A stretch of DNA of 63,836 nt, filler included, from Octopus bimaculoides (Eukaryota): the NCBI RefSeq assembly GCF_001194135.2. It is 6 parts of 5 records of this genome, joined end to end, with 100 filler letters (N's around TTAATTAATTAA, not from the genome) between each part and the next. Parts side by side here need not be neighbours in the genome. Positions count along the whole stretch, not along the records: positions 48,752 to 54,950 come from NW_026365742.1; positions 55,051 to 60,569 come from NC_069008.1; positions 60,670 to 63,836 come from NC_069008.1; 3 more parts are not named here. The stretch is one strand, 5' to 3'. The position numbers and the translations under genes are program-made. How positions within the stretch are numbered: the stretch's first letter is position 1; every line of letters begins with the position of its first letter. The notes below the pieces were generated by a model that saw nothing but the letters and a program-made list of their open reading frames with translations, did not search any database and was not told the origin of the DNA. Shown here in pieces: positions 50,275 through 62,106 of the stretch.

Positions 50275-50750
50275 TTTGTTGATTTAAACCAGTCATTCGA
50301 TACTGTTAGTCGAAATGCTCTGTGGCTACGTCTAATGGAAATAGGTGGGCCAGAAAAATTTGTGAATATGATCGTAGCTTTGCTTTAAGATATGAAGGCT
50401 AGCGTTAATGTTGGTGGTAGGCTTTGTGAATATTTCGCTGTGAAATATGGGGTAAAGCAAGGGGAGCTTGATACAACCATCGTCTTTGCAATATAATTTG
50501 CTGTTGGGACGTCACACGCTTTGCAAAACGCCGACGAGGGGATTTAAATAAAATCTCGAACAACAGGTAACGTTTTTAATCTGACCAGACTGATATTCAA
50601 GACAAAGGTTTTCCCTCCACTCAGTAGGGAACACTTATACGCTGACGATTGTGATCTAGTCAGTCACTCAGAAATGGGCCTTCAGTCTCTTGTTTCTGCA
50701 TTGCACACAGTTTGTGATGATATTCGCTTGAGCATCAAGTTAAAAAAAGA
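50275..50750 (+). mobile_element. RTE (BovB-like) LINE RT fragment
   Basis: FVDLNQSFDTVSRNALW, GVKQG, GNVFNLTRL and LYADDCDLV, with in-frame stops. Confidence 0.88.
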
Positions 50751-50850
50751 ACAAAAAGAAAAACAGTTGTAACGTTTCAAACTGCAAGTAGTGCTGTTTG
50801 CAATCCCACCGAAAGTCTTTGTTAAAGATGCTACTTGAGGTCGTTGACAC

Positions 50851-50898
<48 letters not shown>

Positions 50899-51399
50899 NN
50901 NNNNNNNNNNNNNNNNNNNNNNNNNNNNNNNNNNNNNNNNNNNNNNNNNNNNNNNNNNNNNNNNNNNNNNNNNNNNNNNNNNNNNNNNNNNNNNNNNNNN
51001 NNNNNNNNNNNNNNNNNNNNNNNNNNNNNNNNNNNNNNNNNNNNNNNNNNNNNNNNNNNNNNNNNNNNNNNNNNNNNNNNNNNNNNNNNNNNNNNNNNNN
51101 NNNNNNNNNNNNNNNNNNNNNNNNNNNNNNNNNNNNNNNNNNNNNNNNNNNNNNNNNNNNNNNNNNNNNNNNNNNNNNNNNNNNNNNNNNNNNNNNNNNN
51201 NNNNNNNNNNNNNNNNNNNNNNNNNNNNNNNNNNNNNNNNNNNNNNNNNNNNNNNNNNNNNNNNNNNNNNNNNNNNNNNNNNNNNNNNNNNNNNNNNNNN
51301 NNNNNNNNNNNNNNNNNNNNNNNNNNNNNNNNNNNNNNNNNNNNNNNNNNNNNNNNNNNNNNNNNNNNNNNNNNNATATATGCGCGTGCCTGTGTCTGT

Positions 51400-51605
51400 T
51401 TGATTATGTCTGTGTTTGTCACACGATCACCTCTTCATAACCGGTGTTGGAGTGTTTGCATCCCCGTATCTATGCGGTTAGTTAAAAAAGATTAATAGAA
51501 TAAGAACCGGGCTTAAAAAAACAACTGGGGTTCATCCATTTCACTAAAATTCTTTAAGGCGGTGCCCCAGCATGGTCGAAGTCTAATGACTGAAACAGGT
51601 AAATA
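51400..51605 (+). mobile_element. SINE family B 3' module
   Basis: GGCGGTGCCCCAGCATGGTCGAAGTCTAATGACTGAAAC. Confidence 0.75.
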
Positions 51606-51698
51606 AGGTAAGCAAGATACAATAACTATTTAAATGTGTTTAACCTTTCATCTGTAATAAAGCAGGTTCTATTATATCAGGAAACAAACAACACTGAC

Positions 51699-51882
51699 CT
51701 ATGAAATCGATCTTGTTACATAAGTTTCCGATGCAACAAGCAACACAGGAAGAGCCATTTGTCAATTTATTGCATTTATAGACATTGTTTCTCATAGCAT
51801 AAAGACATTTTCTGTATGTGCGGCAGGATTTTTCAGATTTCATTTTAACGCCATCCCTTGATAATTTGGTGTGGCACACAAG
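51699..51882 (-). CDS. Exon encoding the C-terminal part of a Ly6/uPAR (LU, three-finger-like) domain
   Basis: TTACAG| acceptor (phase 0) and ATAG|GTCAGT donor (phase 1). Reads LVCHTKLSRDGVKMKSEKSCRTYRKCLYAMRNNVYKCNKLTNGSSCVACCIGNLCNKIDFI, with the hallmark CC-x4-CN. Confidence 0.82.
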
Positions 51883-52982
51883 CTGTAACAGTAAACCCAG
51901 AAATCATATATTACTACGACAACAGCACAGGAGATACTGAAGATGGAAAACTATGAGTCATTGCTCTTAAAATTATCAAAAGACAACAAAGGAAATGTTG
52001 AAAGATGACTGCATAAGTTATTCCCTGTAAATTTTATTTATACTTAATGCATTTAAAGGATGTTTATAAATGCCCTGAATATGTAACGTTCTCATATCAC
52101 GTGTCAATATGGTCATCAAAAGCACATAAACACATGATCGTGCATAAACACGCACACACATGTACACACACGCACGCACACACACACACACATTGAGAGG
52201 AAATGACAAATAATTATAATTCTGTATAATTCGGTCAGAACTTCTTACTCGGGGGAAAGTACATTGAATCCTCTGTGCAAAATGTATGAACAGTCACGAT
52301 TTCAAACACCAGCAACAACAGAAATGAACACACCGGTACCCTTCGTAAAAGATGATNNNNNNNNNNNNNNNNNNNNNNNNNNNNNNNNNNNNNNNNNNNN
52401 NNNNNNNNNNNNNNNNNNNNNNNNNNNNNNNNNNNNNNNNNNNNNNNNNNNNNNNNNNNNNNNNNNNNNNNNNNNNNNNNNNNNNNNNNNNNNNNNNNNN
52501 NNNNNNNNNNNNNNNNNNNNNNNNNNNNNNNNNNNNNNNNNNNNNNNNNNNNNNNNNNNNNNNNNNNNNNNNNNNNNNNNNNNNNNNNNNNNNNNNNNNN
52601 NNNNNNNNNNNNNNNNNNNNNNNNNNNNNNNNNNNNNNNNNNNNNNNNNNNNNNNNNNNNNNNNNNNNNNNNNNNNNNNNNNNNNNNNNNNNNNNNNNNN
52701 NNNNNNNNNNNNAAACAGCCCTTTGGCTAGAAAGTTTCGAAACATGCCTGTGGAATACCAAATTTCATGTAAACATCTCTGACGTTCTAGCGTTAGACCA
52801 AAGCCATCTTTTGAATTTCCCTATTCCTTTAAGAAACTTTATTTTTACCAGCAAAAATTGTATGTTGTTGACGTCATAAGAATTTATAAACTCCAAGAAA
52901 ACATAAAATAATTATTTCTTTGCAGGCCAACAACAATAGTAATAACAATAATGATAATAATAATAATAACGATGGCACGATA

Positions 52983-53020
<38 letters not shown>

Positions 53021-54179
53021 TTCTTTTATTTGCCACCGCGTAACAACATGAGGGCGATGATACAAAAATAGACATAAAATGTCGGAATTTACAAGTATAA
53101 AATGATGAGAAAAAATATAGAAATTATACATACTATACAATAAGTAGAAAGGAAGTACGAGTATATAGTATACGACAGAAAAAATATGGTAATGATGTGG
53201 CCGTTTTGATATAGGAGGACCTCTAGGAAGAATCTAGGGACCCCACCGTTCAAGATCTTCCTGAACACCAAGAGCATGTGTCTTCGTTAATTCGTCTCCG
53301 ACTCACGGTCCTAAGAATGATTTCGATGTTTTTGTAGATTCTTCGTTCAGTTACTCTTATACAACCTTGTCTCATCTTTAAAATGCAGCCCTAAATTTCC
53401 CTTGTAAATATCGGCACATCCATAAGGAAGGTTCCAGAAGCCAGGAGAAATTGAACCGTCCTGTACCTGTTATGACATACAAAACCACTAGCCTGAGGAT
53501 ACCCACTTCACAGTAGGCAGCTGTTACTTTCAGACCAAGTTTTTGCAACATCCAGAAATGGTGGTGTCCAAGAGAACTGCCCATACTTTGAAATTTAAGA
53601 ATTTCCAGGATAATTCTGTTACACAATCGTTCAAATAGAAAATACTACGAGATAAGAATATCTCAATTCACCCAAGTTGGGAGTGAATGTATGCAGTTCA
53701 GAGATATTGATCCTGCTGATGTCTACCATTACTAATCTGGTTCAGCTCGTAGAACAGCGGAACTTACTTCCAGGTTGACTGAGGACAAGTTCTTCATACA
53801 TGTCACTCTAAGTACAGCCAAGTTTATTGGAGAAAGAGAAAGGAAGAGGCCACAATTAAGCTCGTGAGTTCGATTCCTTGACCGAGTGGCACCTTGTGTT
53901 CTTGAACAAGGCACTTAATTTTACGTTGCTCCAGTCTACTCAGCTAAACTGTGTAACCAGCCTATTGACGGTAACCTTTCTCTCCCTTCAAATCTGTAAT
54001 CATTGTTGTTCTGTTAAGGCAATAATCTAGCGGATGTCTGCATCTGCTTACGACTACATAGGCACCGAAAACAATTAGCAAATGCATGTTACAAATGCAT
54101 GATACTTGGTTATATTGGGTTTAGGTGAGGGTTATGAGTATATTGAAACAAAAAGGAAGAAAGGAACATTTCAATTTAC

Positions 54180-54271
54180 CTCATCGCCTGTACAGTTTGT
54201 CACTTCTGGTTCATTGCACATCATCCCTGAACATGTTTGACACTGCAAATTCCGTTGAAATAACGAGTAAT
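54180..54271 (-). CDS. Exon encoding the N-terminal part of the same LU domain
   Basis: TTGTATAG| acceptor (phase 1) and GAG|GTAAAT donor (phase 0). Reads YSLFQRNLQCQTCSGMMCNEPEVTNCTGDE, with the L-x-C-x2-C start motif. Confidence 0.8.
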
Positions 54272-55051
54272 CTATACAATACAATAAAATATCCATATTT
54301 AGGGACCGAATATGTAATGTATAAGAATAAGAGCAAATAATCACTTTATGGTGTAAAGCAAATATAAAAGTTTTAATGTTGGAATCAATACACATAAAGC
54401 ATTTAAACTAAATTGCTAATGAAGACTACGATAGCATGTTACGACTTTCACTTGCAATTGTTTCAGTTTTGTCACAAATTAAACTAAGAAAACTACGATA
54501 GCTACTTGATGGTCTTTTCTCTTTGTATTCTGCTCTCACAAAAAAGCTAAAATTGTGGCATAGCTTAAATAAAGGGAGATAATTCTAAAGTGGTGATGAT
54601 GCTTTTGTAGAATGAACTCCTCTATAAAATCTGTGCATGTCATTTGAATTTTGTAAAAATGTGTAAGGATATGATAACTATTGATTTAATGAGGAAACCT
54701 CTATGTCGTGACTCGACCTACTCAAATAGTAGCCAAAGCACATACATTATTTTCAAGACAGAAAGGCCACACTATAATATATAATCTTCGAAAAACTCAG
54801 TCTAATACTGAATAGTCAGAGCTGGAATGACTATGATACATGAACTCAGCAAAACATATTTGAATAAGCAATAGAAAACAATATCACTCAAATGTTTTTT
54901 CAATCAAACATATATATGTGGTGGGGTTATGTGTGTGTATATACGTATATNNNNNNNNNNNNNNNNNNNNNNNNNNNNNNNNNNNNNNNNNNNNTTAATT
55001 AATTAANNNNNNNNNNNNNNNNNNNNNNNNNNNNNNNNNNNNNNNNNNNNC

Positions 55052-55741
55052 ACCATCACCATTTCGAACACTGCTGTCACCACTGGACTGTCTACTACCA
55101 GCACCACCATCACCACTACCACCACCACCACCACCACTAGACTGTCTACTACCACCAACAACACCACCACCATCAAAACCACCACCAACACCATCACCAC
55201 TGGACTGTCTACTACCGCCAACACCACTACCACCACCACCACCAACACCACCACCACCAACACCACCACCACCAATATCACCACTAGACTGTCTACTACC
55301 ACCAACACCACCAACAACAACAACAACACCTCCAACACCACCACCACCAACACCACCACCACCAATATCACCACTAGACTGTCTACTTCCACCAACACCA
55401 CCACCAACAACAACAACAACACCTCCAACACCACCACCACCACCATCACCATGAACATTACCATTGGACTGTCTACAACCACCAATACCACCACCACCAC
55501 CATTACCACTAGACTGTCTACCACCACCACCAACAACATCATCACCACCACCAACACCATCACCAATGGACTGTCTACTACCACCAACACCATCGCCACC
55601 ACCACCAATATCACCACTAGACTATCTACTACCACCACCACCACCACCACCTCCAACAACACCACCACCACCCATGGCACACAACGATTCGTGCTAGCCT
55701 GGAAAGTTAGAGATTCTGTAGAGATAGAACCATACAATTGA
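55052..55741 (+). repeat. Codon-phased Thr-rich minisatellite; possible mucin-like coding segment
   Basis: Nine copies of C(A)(C/T/A)T(A/G)GACT(G/A)TCTAC separated by variable (ACC/AAC)n. The frame appears open from the gap to 55741 and repeats T(R/G)LSTTT. Confidence 0.7.
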
Positions 55742-55868
55742 TGGACTGATAGTGCTGAATCAATAACACTGGCTTTGTTTCATTCACATACACGCACCAA
55801 AAAAAACTATATTATATATATACATATACATACGTAAATATATATATATATATATATACATATATATC

Positions 55869-55900
<32 letters not shown>

Positions 55901-56007
55901 TAGGCATTTATTTGAAATTTTGTTCAAAATAATTTACTTATCATGAAGGATATAGACAATAATATTATACGTGTAAAAACACACAAATACACTCATATAT
56001 ACATACA

Positions 56008-56063
<56 letters not shown>

Positions 56064-56304
56064 TGTATGGATGTATATATATATACACTTACGTACGTGT
56101 GTGTTGGTGTGCACATGTGTGAAGCTTTATATATATATATATATATATATGTAGATATGGTATATTATTTTATCTATGTTACACACACACACACAAGTCT
56201 ATATATGCGTATATATACACATGTCTATATATTTATACATACATGTGTGTGTGTGTGTAGTTGTATAGCTTCTTTATATATATTATATAATATATAGATT
56301 GCAT

Positions 56305-56462
56305 TACACTCTCGGAGTGGTTGGCATTAGGAAGGGCATCCAGCTGTAGAATCTCTGCCAGATCAGATTGGAGCCTGGTGCAGCCTTCTGGTTCGCCAGT
56401 CCTCAATCAAATCGTCCAACCCATGCTAGCATGGAAAGCGGACGTTAAACAATGATGATCAT
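56305..56462 (+). mobile_element. Family E repeat
   Basis: GGTTGGCATTAGGAAGGGCATCCAGCTGTAG...CATGGAAAGCGGACGTTAAACAATGATGAT. Confidence 0.8.
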
Positions 56463-56687
56463 CATCATATAAATACATAGATATAAATATGTCCGAATGT
56501 ACACAATATATATATATGTTTATGTGTGTGTGTGTGTATATGAGAAAGGGTGAGACAGAGACAAACAGACAGAGAGAAAGGCATGCACATATTTACTGGA
56601 CAACGGTCAACAAATTTACTCCTTTGTTACTCAGGGTTTCGTTTCACAGAGCCAGAAAGCTATGAGGAACATAGCTGTGATCCTTTG

Positions 56688-58045
56688 TGGAGTGGCTGTG
56701 TGGTAAGTAGCTTGCTTACCAACCACATGGTTCCAGGTTCAGTCCCACTGCGTGGCACCTTGGGCAAGTATCTTCTACTATAGCCTCGGGCCGACCAAAG
56801 CCTTGTGAGTGGATTTTGTAGACAGAAACTGAAAGAAGCCTGTCGTATATATATATATATATATNNNNNNNNNNNNNNNNNNNNNNNNNNNNNNNNNNNN
56901 NNNNNNNNNNNNNNNNNNNNNNNNNNNNNNNNNNNNNNNNNNNNNNNNNNNNNNNNNNNNNNNNNNNNNNNNNNNNNNNNNNNNNNNNNNNNNNNNNNNN
57001 NNNNNNNNNNNNNNNNNNNNNNNNNNNNNNNNNNNNNNNNNNNNNNNNNNNNNNNNNNNNNNNNNNNNNNNNNNNNNNNNNNNNNNNNNNNNNNNNNNNN
57101 NNNNNNNNNNNNNNNNNNNNNNNNNNNNNNNNNNNNNNNNNNNNNNNNNNNNNNNNNNNNNNNNNNNNNNNNNNNNNNNNNNNNNNNNNNNNNNNNNNNN
57201 NNNNNNNNNNNNNNNNNNNNNNNNNNNNNNNNNNNNNNNNNNNNNNNNNNNNNNNNNNNNNNNNNNNNNNNNNNNNNNNNNNNNNNNNNNNNNNNNNNNN
57301 NNNNNNNNNNNNNNNNNNNNNNNNNNNNNNNNNNNNNNNNNNNNNNNNNNNNNNNNNNNNNNNNNNNNNNNNNNNNNNNNNNNNNNNNNNNNNNNNNNNN
57401 NNNNNNNNNNNNNNNNNNNNNNNNNNNNNNNNNNNNNNNNNNNNNNNNNNNNNNNNNNNNNNNNNNNNNNNNNNNNNNNNNNNNNNNNNNNNNNNNNNNN
57501 NNNNNNNNNNNNNNNNNNNNNNNNNNNNNNNNNNNNNNNNNNNNNNNNNNNNNNNNNNNNNNNNNNNNNNNNNNNNNNNNNNNNNNNNNNNNNNNNNNNN
57601 NNNNNNNNNNNNNNNNNNNNNNNNNNNNNNNNNNNNNNNNNNNNNNNNNNNNNNNNNNNNNNNNNNNNNNNNNNNNNNNNNNNNNNNNNNNNNNNNNNNN
57701 NNNNNNNNNNNNNNNNNNNNNNNNNNNNNNNNNNNNNNNNNNNNNNNNNNNNNNNNNNNNNNNNNNNNNNNNNNNNNNNNNNNNNNNNNNNNNNNNNNNN
57801 NNNNNNNNNNNNNNNNNNNNNNNNNNNNNNNNNNNNNNNNNNNNNNNNNNNNNNNNNNNNNNNNGGGCCTGTCTATCCCTAATTCTTAAATTTCTTTTCT
57901 TCTTTTACAAATTTCAATCCTTTCACTTTGGCCTTAATCAAAAGTTGTACTCAACCAGATTGATGAAATCTATATATTTGCAAGCCTGGTGCTTAGTCTA
58001 TCTCTCTTCTTGCAGGAACGTGAACAAACTAACACCAGTTATAAG
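56688..58045 (+). mobile_element. SINE family B split by a 1-kb gap
   Basis: A clean head at 56688-56850; a reverse-oriented 3'-module-like relic lies after the gap, so the two pieces may be separate copies. Confidence 0.55.
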
Positions 58046-58249
58046 GACAGACAGACACACACACACACACACACATACACACACATACTTGCATGCACGT
58101 ACAAACACATACATATACATACATATATGTATGCCTGCATGTATGTATAATCTTATATACATATTCATAAATATAGGTGTAAGTATACACATACATATAA
58201 ACACACGTGTGTATAAATATATATGTATACATATTTGTGAATGTGTGTA

Positions 58250-58362
58250 TCAATATATACACTTATATTTGTGAGTCAATGTATAAATATATATACACTT
58301 ATATTTGTGAGTCAATGTATAAATATATATACACTTATATTTGTGAGTCAATGTATAAATAT
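58250..58362. repeat. 36-bp tandem repeat x3
   Basis: TATATACACTTATATTTGTGAGTCAATGTATAAATA units. Confidence 0.9.
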
Positions 58363-58415
58363 NNNNNNNNNNATGTATAAATATATATACACATATATTT
58401 GTGTAAGTATGCTTT

Positions 58416-58463
<48 letters not shown>

Positions 58464-58604
58464 ACATGTGTATATTTAAAATTATTTGTATCTATATGTG
58501 TGTGTATGCATATGTATGTGTATATGTATATGTGTATATATATATTTGTGTATAAATGCATGCGTCTAAGTATATACATGTATGTGTGTACATTTATATA
58601 TTTG

Positions 58605-58643
<39 letters not shown>

Positions 58644-59226
58644 NNNNNNNNNNTACATACATACATACATACATACATACACATGCATGTATACACATAT
58701 ATATGCACATAGATTTCAATGAAAATGAGTGACAAGTGTAGTAATAATAGAAAATGATTTTGGAAATTTATACATTAGGTTTTTAATTCAAGTTAGAAGT
58801 ATATCCACACACACACACACTTACACACGTATATTGGATCCCACTTATGTGTGTGTGCTTAAGGAGAAGGTGTGGAGAGAGAGAGAGAGAGAAGGAGAGA
58901 GGGAGCCATTGAGATGAGTTTGAAATATATGTATATGATACACACACACACATATATATATATTTATATACACATATATATATGCATAGACACACACACA
59001 CACACACACAAACATTTATATTTATATACATATATATATATATATATATGCATACACACACACACACACACATATATTTATATACACATATATATATACC
59101 TAGACACACACACAAACATATTTACATACATATTTATATATATACACACACACACATATATATATTTATATGCACATATATATATATACATACACACACA
59201 CACACACACACACAAATATTTATATT

Positions 59227-59264
<38 letters not shown>

Positions 59265-59789
59265 CACACACACACACATATATATATATAGAGAGAGAAA
59301 GAGTGAGAGATATATCTATATATGTGTGGGTGTGTGTGTATGCATGTATTTAAACATGCACATACATATATATAGTTATATAAGTATGTGTGTATGTATG
59401 TATATAGCTTCAACGCTCCACTACAGGCACTCCGCTATCCTTTCCATCCTCGCCACCCACTAACCTCAGGCCATCAATTGAAAATGGTTACATCAGTACA
59501 AAAATTTTTGACATGTGTGATATACGATGCTTTTTCTGCGGAATCGGTACAAAGTAGGAAGTGGTGGGGGCGGGGGGGGCGGAAGCAGAGTGCGTGTGGG
59601 TGCTGGTGCTGGTGGTGGTGGGCCCATGGTGCTGGGTGGCAGGAGGAGGAGGAGGAGNNNNNNNNNNNNNNNNNNNNNNNNNNNNNNNNNNNNNNNNNNN
59701 NNNNNNNNNNNNNNGGTGGAGTGATGATGTGAGAGAGAGAGCTGTCATGTAGGATAGCCGCTGGAGAGGGGAGGTTATGATAATAGTGA

Positions 59790-60490
59790 CTGTTGTTTAG
59801 CCCTAGGTCTCTATGTGGTCAAGCATGCCCTGTGATCAGATACATTCCAAACGTGGCAATCCCTTCTGCATGCTTTGTACAAGAGCAATGGTTACAATGC
59901 TGGGGATTGTTGCTGCTGTTGTGAGTGTTTAACCCCAGGTCTCTCCATGAACGAGCAGATCCTCTGATCAAACACATTCCAAATGTGACCATCCCTTCTG
60001 CTTACTTTCTACTATAGCAATCGTTATGATGGTAGTGGTTATTGCTGTTGTAATTATATAGCCCTAGGTCTCGCCATGGCTGAGAAATCCCTCTGATCAA
60101 ACACATACCAAATGTGACCATCCCCTTGTAGTTGCTTTGTGTGATAGTGGTGATTATCATATTAGTGGTCATCACTCCTATTTAGCCCCAGGTCTCACCA
60201 TGACCAAGCATACATGTGATCATATACGTTCCAAATGTGACCATCCCTACTGGTTACTTTCCACAATAGTCATGTTTACAACGGCAGTGGTTGTTGCTGT
60301 TGTTGTTGTTTTTCTGTTTAACCCCAGGTCTCTCCATAATTGAGCAAATCTGTGATCAAATACATTCCAAATGTGACCATCCCTTAGGTTTTCTTTCTTG
60401 ACTATATTATTCAATATGGCCTATTTCTGTTGTGTTTTCCGTCTAAAGATGGTAGGCTGTGATTTGAGGTCAAATTGGCTGCTATTTCGT
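59790..60490 (-). repeat. Family D element with its 3' terminal unit (about 130 bp) repeated five times
   Basis: CCC(C/T)AGGTC anchors near 59801, 59933, 60062, 60186 and 60322, each followed by TGATCA.A.ACATTCCAAA.GTG.C.ATCCC. The element body lies at 60400-60490. Confidence 0.85.
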
Positions 60491-60670
60491 TCTGTTTAAT
60501 TAGATTGGGAGGATTACAGTTGGTTACTATTTCTACCATGTAGAGGAACCTGCTGCTGGCTTATATATANNNNNNNNNNNNNNNNNNNNNNNNNNNNNNN
60601 NNNNNNNNNNNNNTTAATTAATTAANNNNNNNNNNNNNNNNNNNNNNNNNNNNNNNNNNNNNNNNNNNNA

Positions 60671-61051
<381 letters not shown>

Positions 61052-61114
61052 TAAATCACTTTTGTATAATTACTTGAAGAAACAAACTTAGTCATAGAGT
61101 TTAGAAACCATATC

Positions 61115-61720
61115 ATTATCATCATCAGTTAATATCCATCTTCCATGCTGGCATGGGTTTGATGATTTGACTGAAAGCTGGTAAACTGGGAAGCTAAACC
61201 ATATTCCAATCTGATTTGGTATGGTTTCTAAGGCTGGATGCCCTTCCTAATGCCAACTATTCCAAGAATCTAGTGGGTGCTTTTTATGTGTCCATTGATG
61301 TAACACCGGTGTTGGCCACAACTACAGTCTCACTTGGCTTGACAGGTCTTCACATGCACGGTATATCGCCAAACGTCTCGGTTACCTCCATGAGTCCCAA
61401 CACACGAATGGTGCTTTTTATATGCCACCAGCAGAAGTGCCAGGCAGATGACTCTAGCATTGGCCACAACTTCAATTTCACATGCCTTTACAGGTCTTCT
61501 CAAGCACAGCTTATCACCCAACGTTTGAAGGGTGATACGCTGGCACGGTTTACCTGGAGCTGCACCAAGCACCATTGTCTGTTATAGCTTGGTTTCTACA
61601 GCTGGATGCCCTTCTTAATGACAGCCACTCCATTGAGTGTACTGGGTGTTCTTATTGTCACACCAGCACAAGTGCTTTCTATGTGGAACCAACACCAGTG
61701 TCAACTCTGCTGTGGTGGAT
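61115..61720 (-). mobile_element. Family E repeat, at least two tandem units
   Basis: GCTGGATGCCCTTC(C/T)TAATG occurs near 61232 and 61601; the (ATC)n tail is at 61115. Confidence 0.75.
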
Positions 61721-61859
61721 GGGGCTTCTTGCGTACAGCAACTTGTCTGATAGCCAGGTCCCTAGTACCTCCTTCGTAAGGCTCAATGTCTTGAGATCAG
61801 CCTTCAATAACTTACATTGTATTGTGTGTACAGACTTGCTTTTTCTGTATACTAATAAA

Positions 61860-62106
61860 GGAATGGATGAATAGTATTTTCATGTAACCCTGGGATAGTA
61901 TATTCCTTAACTCGGCCAGTCATGGATGATAGTATCCACTCAGTACATTGTTCTAAGTATAAACTGTAGGTACAGTCTACATCCTCATCATCATCTCCAA
62001 TAATTTCACCATCGATGTCTGCCTAAGTAAATCCTTCAAAATCATTGTCTGAGTCAGAATCAAACAAGATTTCTTTCAGAAAAGCTTCAAATGCAGGAGT
62101 GGCCAT
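61860..62106 (-). pseudogene. Possible decayed DNA-transposase acidic N-terminus (piggyBac-like)
   Basis: MATPAFEAFLKEILFDSDSDNDFEGFT*ADIDGEIIGDDDEDV. The call rests on composition and a DxDFEGF motif only. Confidence 0.3.

Noticed and set aside
53080-53640. Possible LINE or transposase relic
   Set aside because: No diagnostic motif was recognised in any frame.
53770-53809. 40-nt minus-strand exon-like segment with a GTAAGT donor inside the LU intron
   Set aside because: Inclusion would break the frame between the two LU exons, and the peptide is unremarkable.
1110-56760. tRNA genes suggested by A/B boxes
   Set aside because: All are SINE heads with no complete cloverleaf or terminator.
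3-59748. Dozens of track ORFs rich in YI, HT, VC, poly-V, poly-D, poly-H or X
   Set aside because: Translations of di- and trinucleotide microsatellites and N runs.
59790-60390. CRISPR-like repeat/spacer appearance
   Set aside because: The variable parts are diverged homologues of each other, the units are about 130 bp, there are no cas genes, and the context is eukaryotic.
23169-60669. TTAATTAATTAA centred in five identical gaps of 44 N + 12 + 44 N (23169, 33612, 48652, 54951, 60570)
   Set aside because: Assembly linker that places stops in all six frames, not biology. Distance, and possibly orientation, across these gaps is unknown.
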